DNA from: Sphagnum compactum
Lineage: Eukaryota
Direction of reading: 5' to 3'
Length of the DNA stretch: 64,000 nucleotides
NCBI GenBank assembly: GCA_965153455.1
Contig: OZ234493.1
Coordinates: 30,494,213-30,558,212 of the forward strand
In this document: positions 14,301 to 27,100 of the stretch, piece by piece
Numbering within the stretch: the stretch's first letter is position 1
Layout of the letters: each line of letters begins with the position of its first letter
Position numbers and translations under genes: made by a program
The notes under the pieces: generated by a model
What the model saw: the letters and a program-made list of their open reading frames with translations, nothing else
The model's database searches: none
Told to the model about the DNA's origin: nothing

Positions 14301-17300
14301 TCATCATTTTTTATATTTTTTAGTTAGTCTTGTTTTATCAGATCCATGACACAAAATGGATCATATTGATGGAATCTAAAATTGTGATCAAGATATTATA
14401 TTGTGGAATATTTGATATGTTTTGATTCATTAATATTGATGGGGATCAAAATATAGGGGAAAAAAAGGCTTCACGCTCCTTAGTTTGTTTTTTGTTTTCT
14501 TTTGCAACAATGAAATGAAAGGTTTGAGATGCCACAAAGCTTCATGCTCTTCAAACTTGCTTGTTTGTTTTTATTGTTTTTATATTTGGTTTTTTGTGTT
14601 AGCATAAGGGGTAGGGAGGTTTGAGCTTTTTACTCATTTTTGGTTTTCCGTTTGTGACAATACATGATGTGGGGCAATGGGGAGCTTTGATCATGCTCCT
14701 TGTTTTTTTGACTTTTTATTCTTTGTGTTAATGCAAGGGGTGAGGAGTTCAAGGTACAAATGATCCATGTTTAGTTGATGCACATTCAATTTTACATGTT
14801 CTAACATGCATCAAAGCTAGCTCGATTCACAATTGTCTATTGTTTTGCACATGACATAGTAAGTAAGATTTAATGTTAAATTGGAATCCCCCTTTGAGGC
14901 AAAAATAACATGTATAAAAATTCTTGACCTCCATACATTTTTGTAACATGCTAGATTTCTATACATTTTGCAAGTCATCTTTTGGTGCCAACTTTGACTA
15001 TTTACATAATATGTATATCTAGATTATGCAAGAAAAACAATGAATGAAAAAATTGTTAACATATCAAAAAATGATGATATGAAAACATAATTGCAAGTAA
15101 TGTGGTGTTTGTAGGAAAAACTTAGCAACTTGATAAGGAAGGATATTTATAGTAAAATATTTGTGTTTGATAAAATAACTTGACATTATTCTTAAATGTT
15201 CTCAAATTAATGTAAAACAATTAAATTCATTTTTTCCAATCAATACAATAGAAACCTTTTGAATGTTCAAATTGCCGAATAGCGATTTTCTTGGTAGTAA
15301 AATATAACCTTCTAACATATACTTGTTATTTAGTTTCCAAGATAATATACACATTATAACATTTTTATCCCATTTTACACAAATTGAAATTCAAGGATAG
15401 CTTTAAGGATGTTTCCCAACCATTAAACATTTGGGAAATGTGTTTTGATGCAATTTATGTAGCAATGCCAATTTTTAAATCTAAAATCAAATTAGAAATC
15501 AAAACAAACATACCTTCAAGCATATATTGATATATGTTTTCACCATTACACCACATACCAAGAGTGGGTGCGCTAGGTTAATTGTTAAAGATGTGAGGAA
15601 TGTCCAATAGAAATCAATTTCTGAGGTTGGGAAAATGTCAAAATAGTGCATACAAAACCCCATGAAATACATCGATAGCTAATTCAAGGTGTTGAGATAT
15701 ATACATTTAGTTGTGTAAAAAGTAATTTACTTGATTCTTGATGCAAGCAACTTTTTCTTAATGTGCACAATGATATTATCAAATATTTTTGACATGCATC
15801 ATAATTTTTTTTCCTAATAGCTTGAAATTTGAATATAATTATTGTCATAGGCATGAAACTACCACAAGCACTAGATTTCCAATGTACACAAAGACTATGA
15901 CAAACTTTTATAAATCAAGCCTAAACATAATGCAAACATATTTAAAAACTTGAATGTGAACAAGGACACAAATATATGCAAAGATGTATCAAAATGGCAT
16001 TTTATGGGATGAATCACAAAAGTAATGACTTTTGGATGAAAAATGTATGTTATGGATGGACTTCATCCATGAAGGACAAACTAAATGTGAGATCTAAACA
16101 ATGGGATTATTTGATGTCATTATCATAATTTTCGTAAACTTGAAAAAGGATATAGTGCAAACTTGGATGTAAACTTGATTAGGGTTCAAATTTTGTGTGA
16201 TGAACTCTGAAAAGGAAATGTTTTATATGGTCAAGAAGATTCCCATTTAAACACTTCAAACAATTTGAATATGGATGATTCGAAACTTACATCCCAATGA
16301 TTTTTTTTTGGGTGGCCAATTTTCGTCAAACAATTACCGCTTTTGTGAAGTTATTTTACTCCGAGAAACGTGTTTTTTTTTCCATCAAACATTCACCACT
16401 TTTGTAAAATTATGAAATTGAGATGTTTTTTTCAACCTAGCTACCCCCAACAATTGTTGGTTTATAATTTCACAAGCATTTCCCAAATGGATTAAAATTT
16501 TTATAATCCACAAATAACATTTAATGGTAGCATTTGGAGGCGTAAACGGAACTTTTTGAAGGAGATAAACTAGAAACACTATAGCTTCTCCATGACATCC
16601 CGCAACCCCAACATAGATTTTGGAACATGTAATAGGAATTTATACATAAATAAAATATTTTCATTTGATAGTTCATGTGGTTATGCTTGTCCTAAATAGA
16701 TGAATTTTGGTCATGAGTGTCACTTTTCATGTGTAATTGATTTCACCATAATCATCCATGGACATCCATTTTCAATCACAATGGATGGAATTCATCCATC
16801 ACCATCTTTTTCATCCAAAAGAATATTTAGGGAGATGATATTCAAGAAGATTTCTTGGCTTTTGAAATTTATGGGTTTTTTATGTTTATATAGAAGCTTC
16901 ATTTGAATCGATTCCTAAAAAAGGACAAGTAGGTATATAGTGTATATATATCTTAGTAGTTTTCCATTCATTATTTGTAGTCTATTGAAAATTAATATTA
17001 TACATGACCTACATCATAGTTTTTTTCTTTTTTTTTTCTCCCAAAGGTTTTCAAGTCATGAATATATATTCAGTTTGGGTACATCTTTACATACAACCTC
17101 ATGCATGTTCATGTTTTTTTTCTTGGTAAAAGTTATATTTAAAAAATATATTTTGTTATAACTTGTCATCGCCACGTGCCCATTAGAAAGACTTTTGGTC
17201 GCAATAGTTTCATGCGGGCCATACCATCATATGATTGTGAATGCAATGCAATAACACATATGTGACTTGTTTTAATCAAACATATTGTGAACTCATTGCC

Positions 17301-19509
17301 ATGAACAAATTTCAAAGTTTTAAACATTTATGTGGTTGGGCCATTTTGCCACTTATGGGATAATGGGGGTAAAAACTAACATGAAAATGTTGAAGGTAAT
17401 TTCTTTTGAAGGTTTGTTTGTAGGTGAGGAAATAGGTTTGTAGAGAGGAAGGAGGGAAGTATGTAGCCCGACCTAGTAGGAAAGGAAGGAGGTTTGTAGG
17501 GGGAAGGAAATGGGCTTGTAGGCTTCAACAACAAGAACAATTATATGTGTCGATGATGGCAATCTTCATACATGAATGCGATTTCATCATATTGTGATTT
17601 TCATTCGTCTAGTAAATATATTGGACATAAATTTATCCATGTGAACCATTTCACCCATATGGATGAGCACATGAGTTTGGTCAATTAGAACCATGAACAT
17701 AATTTCATTAACTATCAAGTTTTATCCATAAAAATAATTACATGCGTGAAATTTCATTCATGACATACTTTTTTATTCTGCAAAATACAATTCATTTATA
17801 CAAAAAAATCCATCCAAAATTTAATTTCATTGATGTGATCACATTCAATTGCAAACAATTGTCATCTGTACTCAACTTCATCCATGAACAATATTTCACA
17901 CATAATTGGGCGTATTTCATTGCTTGATATGGGGTCTTTGTTTTCTACCCGATAATATTTTCACCCTCTCACTTTCCCCTTGCCCTTATCATTTGCCCCT
18001 TGTCCCACCTTCCCCATCTCCCTTCTACATGTGCCTACTTCCCCATCCCAAAATTGTCCCTTGCATGTCCATTTATGTTCACATGTCTTTGCAATATCAT
18101 CATTGTCAAATCCCATGTTATTTGCCCAAATCCCATGATATTCATGTTGAAAGAGTGCAGGCCCATACATTAAATATGACGGTTTAAAGAAAATATAATC
18201 TAGTTCATTATTTGTTGATTCCAAATGAGAATGGGTGTCAATTTAACTAAAAATAAATGCAAGGAACCATTAACAAATGACATGAACTTCCACCAACCAA
18301 TATAATGCCCCCAACAAAATTTTGTGGTTTGAATCCCAACGTGTATGCATATGTTTATAGTGATGTATGTGTTATTTAACAACCATTAACGTATGCTAGT
18401 TATGAAAACTTGTAAATATGAATATGAGCATTTTCACCATTAAATATTTCATATTGGTGCTTGAATTCACCTTTTTTGAGCGAATGAAGCTTGGTTTTGA
18501 TCCTCATGTTTGGTCAATGGTGTTTCTTCACTAAATTCAATTTGTTTTTTTTATTGGCTTCACATGTGTTAAATTTGGATTTGTAGATGATATATTCTTG
18601 CTTGTCCAAATCATATGTCTTTGTTGTTTGAAGCATTGCTTAAGACATCCCATAAACTTACTTTCTTTAAATCTTGTGATATTTTTACATTTTATGTACT
18701 TGAAAACCCAATTGCATTGTCTAGTGAGTTACTTTTTCAAGGATTGAATTTTTTCAAAACTTAATTGATTGTTATGTACATGTGGCCATAATATGTTTCC
18801 AATGAATGTGCAAAGTAGAGAAAGATTGCTCTTATGTGCCTACATTTTAAAACCATGCAATGCATACCATGGTCATTCACCTCAAATTTTTGGTCCATTT
18901 TGAAAGTTTCATGTAGTGTTTGATTGCAAAAATCCTAATCAATTTGCTATCATTATTTTGCATTAAAAAAATAAAATTCAATGCTTTTATACTAGGTAGC
19001 TCCTTGGAATCCACCCATTGTCATTTTGAACACAATAATTGAAAATGTAAAGCAATGGCAAAAACATTTCAGTATACCCAAAGGGAAAGGTTCTAAAGTG
19101 AGCAAAATCCATCTCCCTCTCCCCTTAATTTTTTCTCTTATGATCTCATATAGTTCCCAATACTTATTTATGTTAATATCAAATTTGATTTTAATATAGA
19201 TAACATGGACATCAAAAGACACATGTTAATTTGCCTTTTCATCATACCCATGTAAGTGGGTAGGGAAAAGTAGTGAAGCATGCATGTAAAGAGATAGATA
19301 TGAATAATACATACAAACGTTTGTATATAGAACCCCATGGTCGAGAAAAAACTCTAGATTTATGAAATGCATTTTAATATGGGACTAGGTGGTAGTGAAG
19401 TCTAGTTTTGCAATTTGAGAATGTCCCAAAGCGTGAGCTCTAACCATCATAAAACACAAAATGAATATTTTCATAAACATAAACATATGTAAATCATGAG
19501 GCATACGAT

Positions 19510-19815
19510 GAGAAGCATGCTTATGCCTACTACTCAAAGAATGGGATGGATGCCTAGTACAACTAATTGAAGGGTTATGTGAGAAGGATGTTAGGTCTAC
19601 TATTAGGCGAGAAGGATGTTATGCCTACTAAGTGTAGTCATTTAAAGATGTTATGTCTACTAGGCCCTTACACATAGTAGGTGTAACATGCTTGCCATGT
19701 AACATCCTTCAATAGTTACACCTAGTAAGCATAACATCCCTCCCATTCTTTAAAGGGTATTGTAAAAGCTTAACATCATTAAGGAGTTACAACTAGCGAG
19801 GGTAACATCTTTCTC
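19510..19815. mobile_element. Foldback/MITE-like element built from inverted GATGTTATGCCTACT units
   Basis: The left half has several GGATGTTATGCCTACT-like units and the right half their complements (AGTAAGCATAACATCC etc.). Mirrored blocks: AAAGAATGGGA / TCCCATTCTTT and TTGAAGG / CCTTCAA. Confidence 0.6.
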
Positions 19816-21140
19816 TCTTGACCTTTAAACATCATGGCAAGTTTGCACGCCCAAACTTTTGTTTGATTCTTATGGTCATGCCAAAGAAAGGATGATATTG
19901 TTACATATATTTTCACTGCTCCTACCTGAACAGTCATTGTAATTAGTCTTGAACCTTGTGCATTAAATGCTGAGTTTTCAGCATTTCATATTGAGATATA
20001 ATAAAATTTGAGCTCTGTGTTATTGTTGCGCACTGCCAGTGACGATCAACTATTTTATTGTTTCCTAACATTTTCATATGGTTTTTCAATAATTCATCAT
20101 TATTTATGTCAATATGAAACTTAATTTGAATTAATACATATAATTTCATGGACATGAAAAGACACAACTGTTTTTTCATATCCATGTTGGTGGGACAGGG
20201 GAAAAGAGTGAGATAGTTCTAAAATGGAAATAATTATTAGGAAAAGTGAGAGATAGTTATTCAGAAAGTTAGTAGGAAAAGGAAGCACTTATTAAAAAAA
20301 AGAAAAGAAATAGTCAGGCTTGAAAATGAGGTTAGTTATTTTTGAAATTCTCATTGGAACGGTCCTTGACAACCATTCGAAGGACGGATTCCCAAAAAAA
20401 ATTCACATCATACATACGAGTTCTGATTACTCGTCGGTGAAATTTCCTTACTTTGCAGATATCACTGAAAGAGCGAACAGGATTTTAATAGGGGTGAAAT
20501 CCAGCCCAAAGACAGGGTGAATTTTTAGGGATAACTCTGATAAACAGAATAAAAAAAGTATGAAAATTCTCCTGAAACAAAATTACTGAAACAGAGAGAA
20601 TTCAGGGGGCCATGAGGAGACCTGAACAAGTTGATGGATGGATGGATGAATGAATGAATGAATGATAACTTATTGATAAGCCAAAATTGGATCCTGTCAG
20701 AGACCATTCCACGAGACTACCCATTTGTTCGGCTGACCATGTCAAACAAACGGGTATGTCGTGTACGTAACTTATGTGCATCATGTCGTCACGACATCCA
20801 CAAAGTTTCAATGAGGGGGTGTATAAATAAGGTTGTGCTTTGTTTCAGACACTTTGCTGGCTTCCGGACAGGTGAAATGATTAGGTACATCGTAATTTAA
20901 GAGATGCCCGGGGCAGAAGAAGGGGTGGGAGTAAGTTAACCTTTTTTTAAATTTTTTTTTTATAAAGACCCTAGTCTCTAGCCAGCCAAATGGATGATAT
21001 TTGGATGAAGTCAATAGTGTAGTATTTTTTGCCCTAAAAAAAAAAAGCCCATAAATAGTGTGTTTTGTGTGTGTGTTTTTTTGGGCGAATTTTCGCAACC
21101 TGGCGACAAAATTAAAAAAAAAAGGGCTGGCGAAAAGGTG

Positions 21141-21240
21141 GGTGATCATCCATAAGATATTTTAGCCAAATCTGGCTATTTAAAAAAATTAAAGTAAAAT
21201 ATTAGTGTATCTTTGTATATATTTTTGGCTACCTTACTAA
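21141..21240. repeat. Dispersed repeat family with core GATCATCCA(T/C)A(A/G)G-N-TTTAGCCAAAT(T/C)TGGCTA
   Basis: The core recurs near 4508, 21141, 23353, 47542 and 54061-54130, and in reverse near 2700-2750. Ends are not defined. Confidence 0.7.
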
Positions 21241-21469
21241 AATTAAACATAAAAATCTGGCATTTGTGGGTGGGGAAATTGGGCAACTGGGAAACCCAAT
21301 AAACACTAATTTTGTTTGTGGGGACCATTTTAAAAAAATTGCCAACATTTTGAGTGTTTATCCACATTCAAGATGGTGTAAAGTTTATTCTTAATTCCCA
21401 GCCATAAACATGAAAAATGGAATAATATGAAATTTTTATATATCCAAATATGAGGGAGAATTTTTTAAA

Positions 21470-22480
21470 TTAAAAATTAGCTTAATTTTAAAAAAAAAAC
21501 ATGTTAATTTCTTGAAATAATTTTAACATATTCAAAATCAAATAACGCATATTTATATTTGTATGAAATTACATGTAAACATGTGTGTATGAAATTGAAA
21601 AGACACAAAGATTCAATTTGTTTTGAAAGGACACAATGATTTCAAAAAAAAAATGGAAAAAAATTAAAGAGATTTGGTTTTTTTTTTTTTTTTTTTTTTC
21701 CAATATTTTAAGATCCATAAGGACATTTTAAAACATTACAACTTGTAAAATGTTTATAATTTAAAAATTCCGGTTTGAAATCAACCTATAATAAATTTGT
21801 AGTTTAGAATTTGTCTTTTCTAACAACCTATGACTATAGCCCATCCCACCTAAATTAACTCCGATGAAATCATTTATTTCATCACTTTGTGAATAACAAT
21901 GTTTAGAAATTGAAAGAGGGGTTGAGGGATAAATAAATAAATGACAAAAAATGACCAAAAATTAAATAAGACTTTACATTTGAAAACTTTGTTGTTTTCA
22001 GATATACATAGGGGATTCAAATTGTACAAAATATTGTCCAATTATCATCCAAGGGAAGATTTAATTCGTCATCCATGTTTGTAATTCATTGAAATTTTGG
22101 AAGCAATTATTAGGGTGGATAAGCATCAAATCAACTAAGCAATTGGGGATTAAATCCTTGAAATAGGTATTTAAAAAAGAAATTTTTTATTAAAAACTAG
22201 CTTATTAATCTCAAAGAAAAAAAAAAGACATGTTAATCTCTAAAAATAATTTTCAACATATTCAAATGAAATAACACATATTCACATTTGTATGAAATTA
22301 CATGAAAAAAAAACATGTGTATGAAATTGAAAAGACACAAAGATTCAAATTTTCTTTTGAAAGAATGCAAAAAGACTTCAAAAAAACATTGAAAAAATTA
22401 AAGAGATTTTAATTTTTCTTTTAATATCTTAGGATCCATAAGGACATTTTAAAACATTACAACTCATAAAATGTTTATTT
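21470..22480. repeat. Two diverged direct repeats of ~290 bp (about 21470-21760 and 22190-22480)
   Basis: Shared colinear blocks: ACATGTTAAT, TTTGTATGAAATTACATG, TGTGTATGAAATTGAAAAGACACAAAGATTCAA, AAAAAATTAAAGAGATTT, GATCCATAAGGACATTTTAAAACATTACAACT. Confidence 0.9.
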
Positions 22481-24056
22481 TAAGAAAATTAATTTGGGTT
22501 TTGTCAACTCAACTCAACTCAACTCGTAAGTTTCACAATGTAGGCAACATCCATCCACCAAATGCAAAAAACTTTGTTGAACAATGCATGCAATTTGTTC
22601 ACAAAGTACATAGATTCGGGGGTTATTGAGGATATAGAAAATCTCTCCGCCCCTTTTGCGAGTACGTTGTGAATAATAATGGAGCTAACAAAGACAACTC
22701 GTTTGAAGCATGGTCTGGCAACAAATGTGTGAATTCTCAAACTAAACTAAAAGTCATTGTGGTTTGCCTACAAATTCCACCCAATCTCTCCAAATCGACG
22801 GGTCAATTGATGCCAAAATCCTAAGAAACAAAAAGAAACATACGTAATAAAACTCTCTTTCTCAAGTGTGTACGTTAGTACCTTAAATGGGGGGGGGGGG
22901 GCCTTTTGCAAGTTCCTTTGTCAAGTTTGAAACAATTCGAAAGCTCAAAGAAGAAGTACTTTAAAAAGCGGCTATTGCAAATCAAATGGTGTCGAAAATG
23001 TTTTGGCTATTGGTTTTGTCCATTGCCGACGAGGACTTTTTTCATAACCCGATCTTTGAACGGACGTCTCATCAACTACTGGCTAGCACACCGGGGGAGT
23101 GTGTTGAACGCGTGGCTCGGAAATACCATAAAATATTTTATGATATTATATATTATATATTTTATATCATAAAATATCATAAAATATTTTATGCTCCAAC
23201 AAAATACCATAAAATATTTTATCATAAAATATTTGTGCACAATTTTGTTGATGGGAAGCTGTTTTTAAAAAATAAAATAAAATAAAAAAACCTCTTCAGA
23301 ATAAGAATCAAATATGTTTTTTTGGGTAATTTTTCTGTGATATAACCTAGTTGGTGATCATCCATAGGAAGAGATAGCCAAATTTGGCTATACATTAAAT
23401 GTGTATTTAAAAAAAGAAATAATCCTTTCTCCTTTCTGTAATTTTTAGCCACTTACTTGAACCAAATATGGAAATCTGGGATCTGAAAATCTCAAAAAAC
23501 ACATAATTTTAGCACATTTAATTTTTAATATAAATTTTTGGATATATATATATATATATATATCGCCATATATATATAGAGCCAACCAGAAAAAAGGGCT
23601 GGAAAGAAACAAATAATAAAACCCTTATTGGAGAAAAATAAATACGGTACCCTAGCGAAGAAGGCCTCAAAATAAAACCAAAAGGAAAAAAAAAGAAAAA
23701 TCCTTAGAGAGAATTTATTAACCCCCCCCCCCCTCGAGTGCCAACGGACGGTCCACGGTTCGACCCCCTCGGTCCCTGTCTGCAGCTGGCTGAGCTCCAA
23801 TCAAAAGGGGAGGGGGGGGGGGTCAGGCAGGTCCAGACAGTAATAATAATGAAGGCCAAATAGGGTGGGATGGGGGCGGGGGAGACCCATTGTCTCTCGT
23901 ACAATTTCATCATTGTCTTCCTGGGCCTGTGTCTTCTGTGTGTTTTTTTTTTGTTGCAGGGCGCTGTTGCGAGGGAGACACCAGCTGCTGCTTCTTCTTC
24001 CGCCGCGAGAGAGAAGCAGACGCAGAGAAACACAGAAATACAAGTGAGACAGAGAC

Positions 24057-24058
<2 letters not shown>

Positions 24059-24098
<40 letters not shown>
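24059..24098 (+). repeat. (AG)20 microsatellite in the putative MCTP 5' leader
   Basis: Perfect AG run ending 70 bp upstream of the MCTP ATG. Confidence 0.95.
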
Positions 24099-24103
<5 letters not shown>

Positions 24104-24168
24104 ATAGAGAAAATCGTTTTGCAGTGAGAAGAGAAGGTGAGTGAACAAGATTTGGGGACTTTACAGAT

Positions 24169-27100
24169 ATGGCTTCGGGAGAACGGAAGCTTATTGTGGA
24201 GATTACGTCTGCAAGAGCTTTAATGCCGAAAGATGGAGAAGGCTCGTCCAATGCTTATTGCGTGGTACGTAGTAGTTTCTTTGTTTCTGTTGTTGCTCAC
24301 GTGTTTTTTTGGTTTGTCTGTTTGTTTGTTTGTTTGTTTGTTTGCGATTGGCATCGTGTTATTTTCCTTATGATGAATATGGAACTGGTTTTGCGAAACT
24401 GGATATCTACTTGAGCTTCCTGTTGAATCTGTCTGCAGCGGGCAATTTGGAGACGTACTTTGGTTACGATTGTTGTTGTTGTTGTTGTTGTTTTGTTATT
24501 GTGTTTTTGTTTTGCTCTTGTGCGGGGGGTGACGGAATATTAAGCATTGGAAAGCTCTGCCGTAGTCGTCGTCGCCGACGCTAGGATTAAGAAGCTCTGT
24601 GACGACGTTGTATTGTTCAGCAATGACTAGTCTACAATAGACAAATAGGAAGAAGTATTATCGTGTCTTTGTATCAGGACTATATCGTCTTCCGCATCGT
24701 CGCCAAGTAATACTAGAATTGTCTTTCTTCTGCAACGATAGAACTGTCAATAGAACCGTCTTTCTTCTGCAATAGTAGAACTGTCTTTCTTTCTCTACAA
24801 TGCCTTGTTTAGTGGTTCTAATAGAGGAAAAAAACAATGACCGGAGGTTGCAAACTCCTCGCTACGCTGAAGTTATAGCTTCCAAACAGCGTAATAACAA
24901 CTTCGAGTTTTTTGCTTTTTTCTGCCTGCTGCTGCAGCTGGACTATGATAACAACCGGAAGAGGACCAGAGTGATACCTAAAAGCCTGGATCCAACATGG
25001 AATGAAAAGGTTGGAAGCTCCTGCTCTTCTGATACCTCATGCATCAGTCTTCTTCTTCCCCTTTCTCGTGTGTCTGAATGACTAGGTATAGCAATCAAGA
25101 ATTTGGTTGAGGTATATTATAGGATATGAATGGATGGATAGATTGATTGATTGTGTAGTAGTCTTCTTCTGCTGCTGAAATTGTGCAGTTTGAGTTTCCC
25201 ATACCGGATCCGTCAATGCCTGGAGATTTGGAGATCAATGTTCAGAATGAGCGAAGAAGTGGTACCGGAAGGCGGAGCAGTTTCTTAGGAAAGGTTGTCA
25301 TTCCTGTCATCCTGGCTTCCAATGTTCCAAGTGATGTGAGATGGTATCCATTGCAGAAACGAGGTCTCTTCTCTAACATCAAAGGTGACTTAGGGTGAGT
25401 GTTTCTCTCTCTTCTTCCACACACCCATCGTTCCAGTTCTGCTCATAAGATGCAAAATTGGGCAAAGTATATATTCTAGTCTTCTTTGTACCATATTTCT
25501 CCCCGCACCACAGCCATCTGTCAAGATGGCTTGGCTGGCTGCCATCACCACATCAAATCTTTCTATGGGTAGCTGCTATAATTCTGAGAGGGGTTTTTCA
25601 GGCAGCGAACTCTCTACTTATTTGCACAAAGAACTTTTAGTTATTGCTGTTTTCCAAGTATTGCCAGTTCGAGTCTGTTTTGTGTTGTTGGTTGCTATGA
25701 AACCAGTGCTGCTCTTGGAATGCTTGTAATTTGCAGGATAGTGCAAACACTAGAACCGTAAGATTTTGATTACTTTGCATTGTGTTCTTGGGACAACAAC
25801 TGGCTTTTGGTTGTAATAGGAATGTGGGTGTAAATACTGAAGATGTAGCCACTACTGTACATCACAATTGTTTTGCACATGATGTGCGTTCTACCACTTG
25901 CAGTCACCTGTTTGCAATTGTTGTGAATTCCACCACTCTGCAAATTGGTCCTGTATCTGTGCATTCTGTTTAAGCATGGGTGGGTTTTTGGTATCCAAAC
26001 CCTGTAAGTCATATTCAAAAGGACTTAACAAATCACTGCCTTTGTTGAGAGCACTGACTTGACTTGTGATTGAACCATGGCTGCATTGTAGGTTAAGGAT
26101 CTGGTATATAATGGAGTTACCGCCTCTGCCACCCAAAGAGGGAAAAAAGGAGGAGAAGAAGGAGGAGAAGGAGGAGAAGAGGGAGGAAAAGGAGGAGAAG
26201 AAGGAGGAGAAGGAGGAAACAAAAATAGAACAGAAAAAATTAGTACAAGAAGTAGCAAAGGAAGTAACAAAGCAAGCCCCAAAAGAGGCACCAAACGAAG
26301 GACGAAAAGAGGCATCCAAAGAGGGAGCAAAAGGAGGTGGAGGTGGGGGGGGAGAAGAAAGAGGAGTAGCCAGGGAGCATCCTGGAGTTGTGGGTGGGGG
26401 TGGTGGACGAGGGGAAATGCCCAGGGACTTCAGAAGGATAGCAAGGGCAGACCAGCAGCCAGAACTCCTTAGGCCAATCCCTAGAACTCTTCCTGAGGCA
26501 GATTTCACAGTCAAGGAAACAAATCCAGAGTTGGGAAAAGCAGTGGATTACAAAACGCACTATGACCTTGTGGAGCAGATGTCCTATCTCTTTGTTCGGG
26601 TGGTGAAGGCTCGTGATCTCCTGCCAAGAGATGCTAATTTAAAGAGCGATCCAGTATGTACCATTCAAATTAAGTATTCTTTTGGCTAAGTCTTCTGGAT
26701 ATATGGACACCATGCTGGCCTCTTCTGTGAATGCATCCTGAACCGGAACCGTTCTTGACCATCTATAGCTGTAAAACAACATATAATATCGTGCAAGTAC
26801 ATTGTGTATTTAACCTAAAACATTCTCAACTAATCCTTTCCTTGAATTTTTTGCTGTGTGAGTCAGTATGTGAGATTGACAGTCGGAGCAGTCAAAACAC
26901 AGAGCAGGATCATCCCACAGGAGCTCAATCCAGAATGGAACCAGGTCTTTGCAGTGGGGAGAGATAAAATTCACGGGGGAACGCTTGAACTTTCAGTTTG
27001 GGATGCGGTAATACTCTACTCCTCTTTTTGCAATTATGGAAAACAACAGATGTTGGTCAATTCCATAAGGAAGAAGAAAACAGGTTCTCTGCCTGCAGAC

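Noticed and set aside
1516-23452. Many 60-100 aa ORFs in the track (and similar ones at 31596-47913)
   Set aside because: Low-complexity or repeat-derived translations, often with non-ATG starts, lacking domains or splice-consistent partners.
25891-26560. Minus-strand ORFs of 207, 101 and 106 aa
   Set aside because: Antisense shadows of the low-complexity MCTP exon 4.
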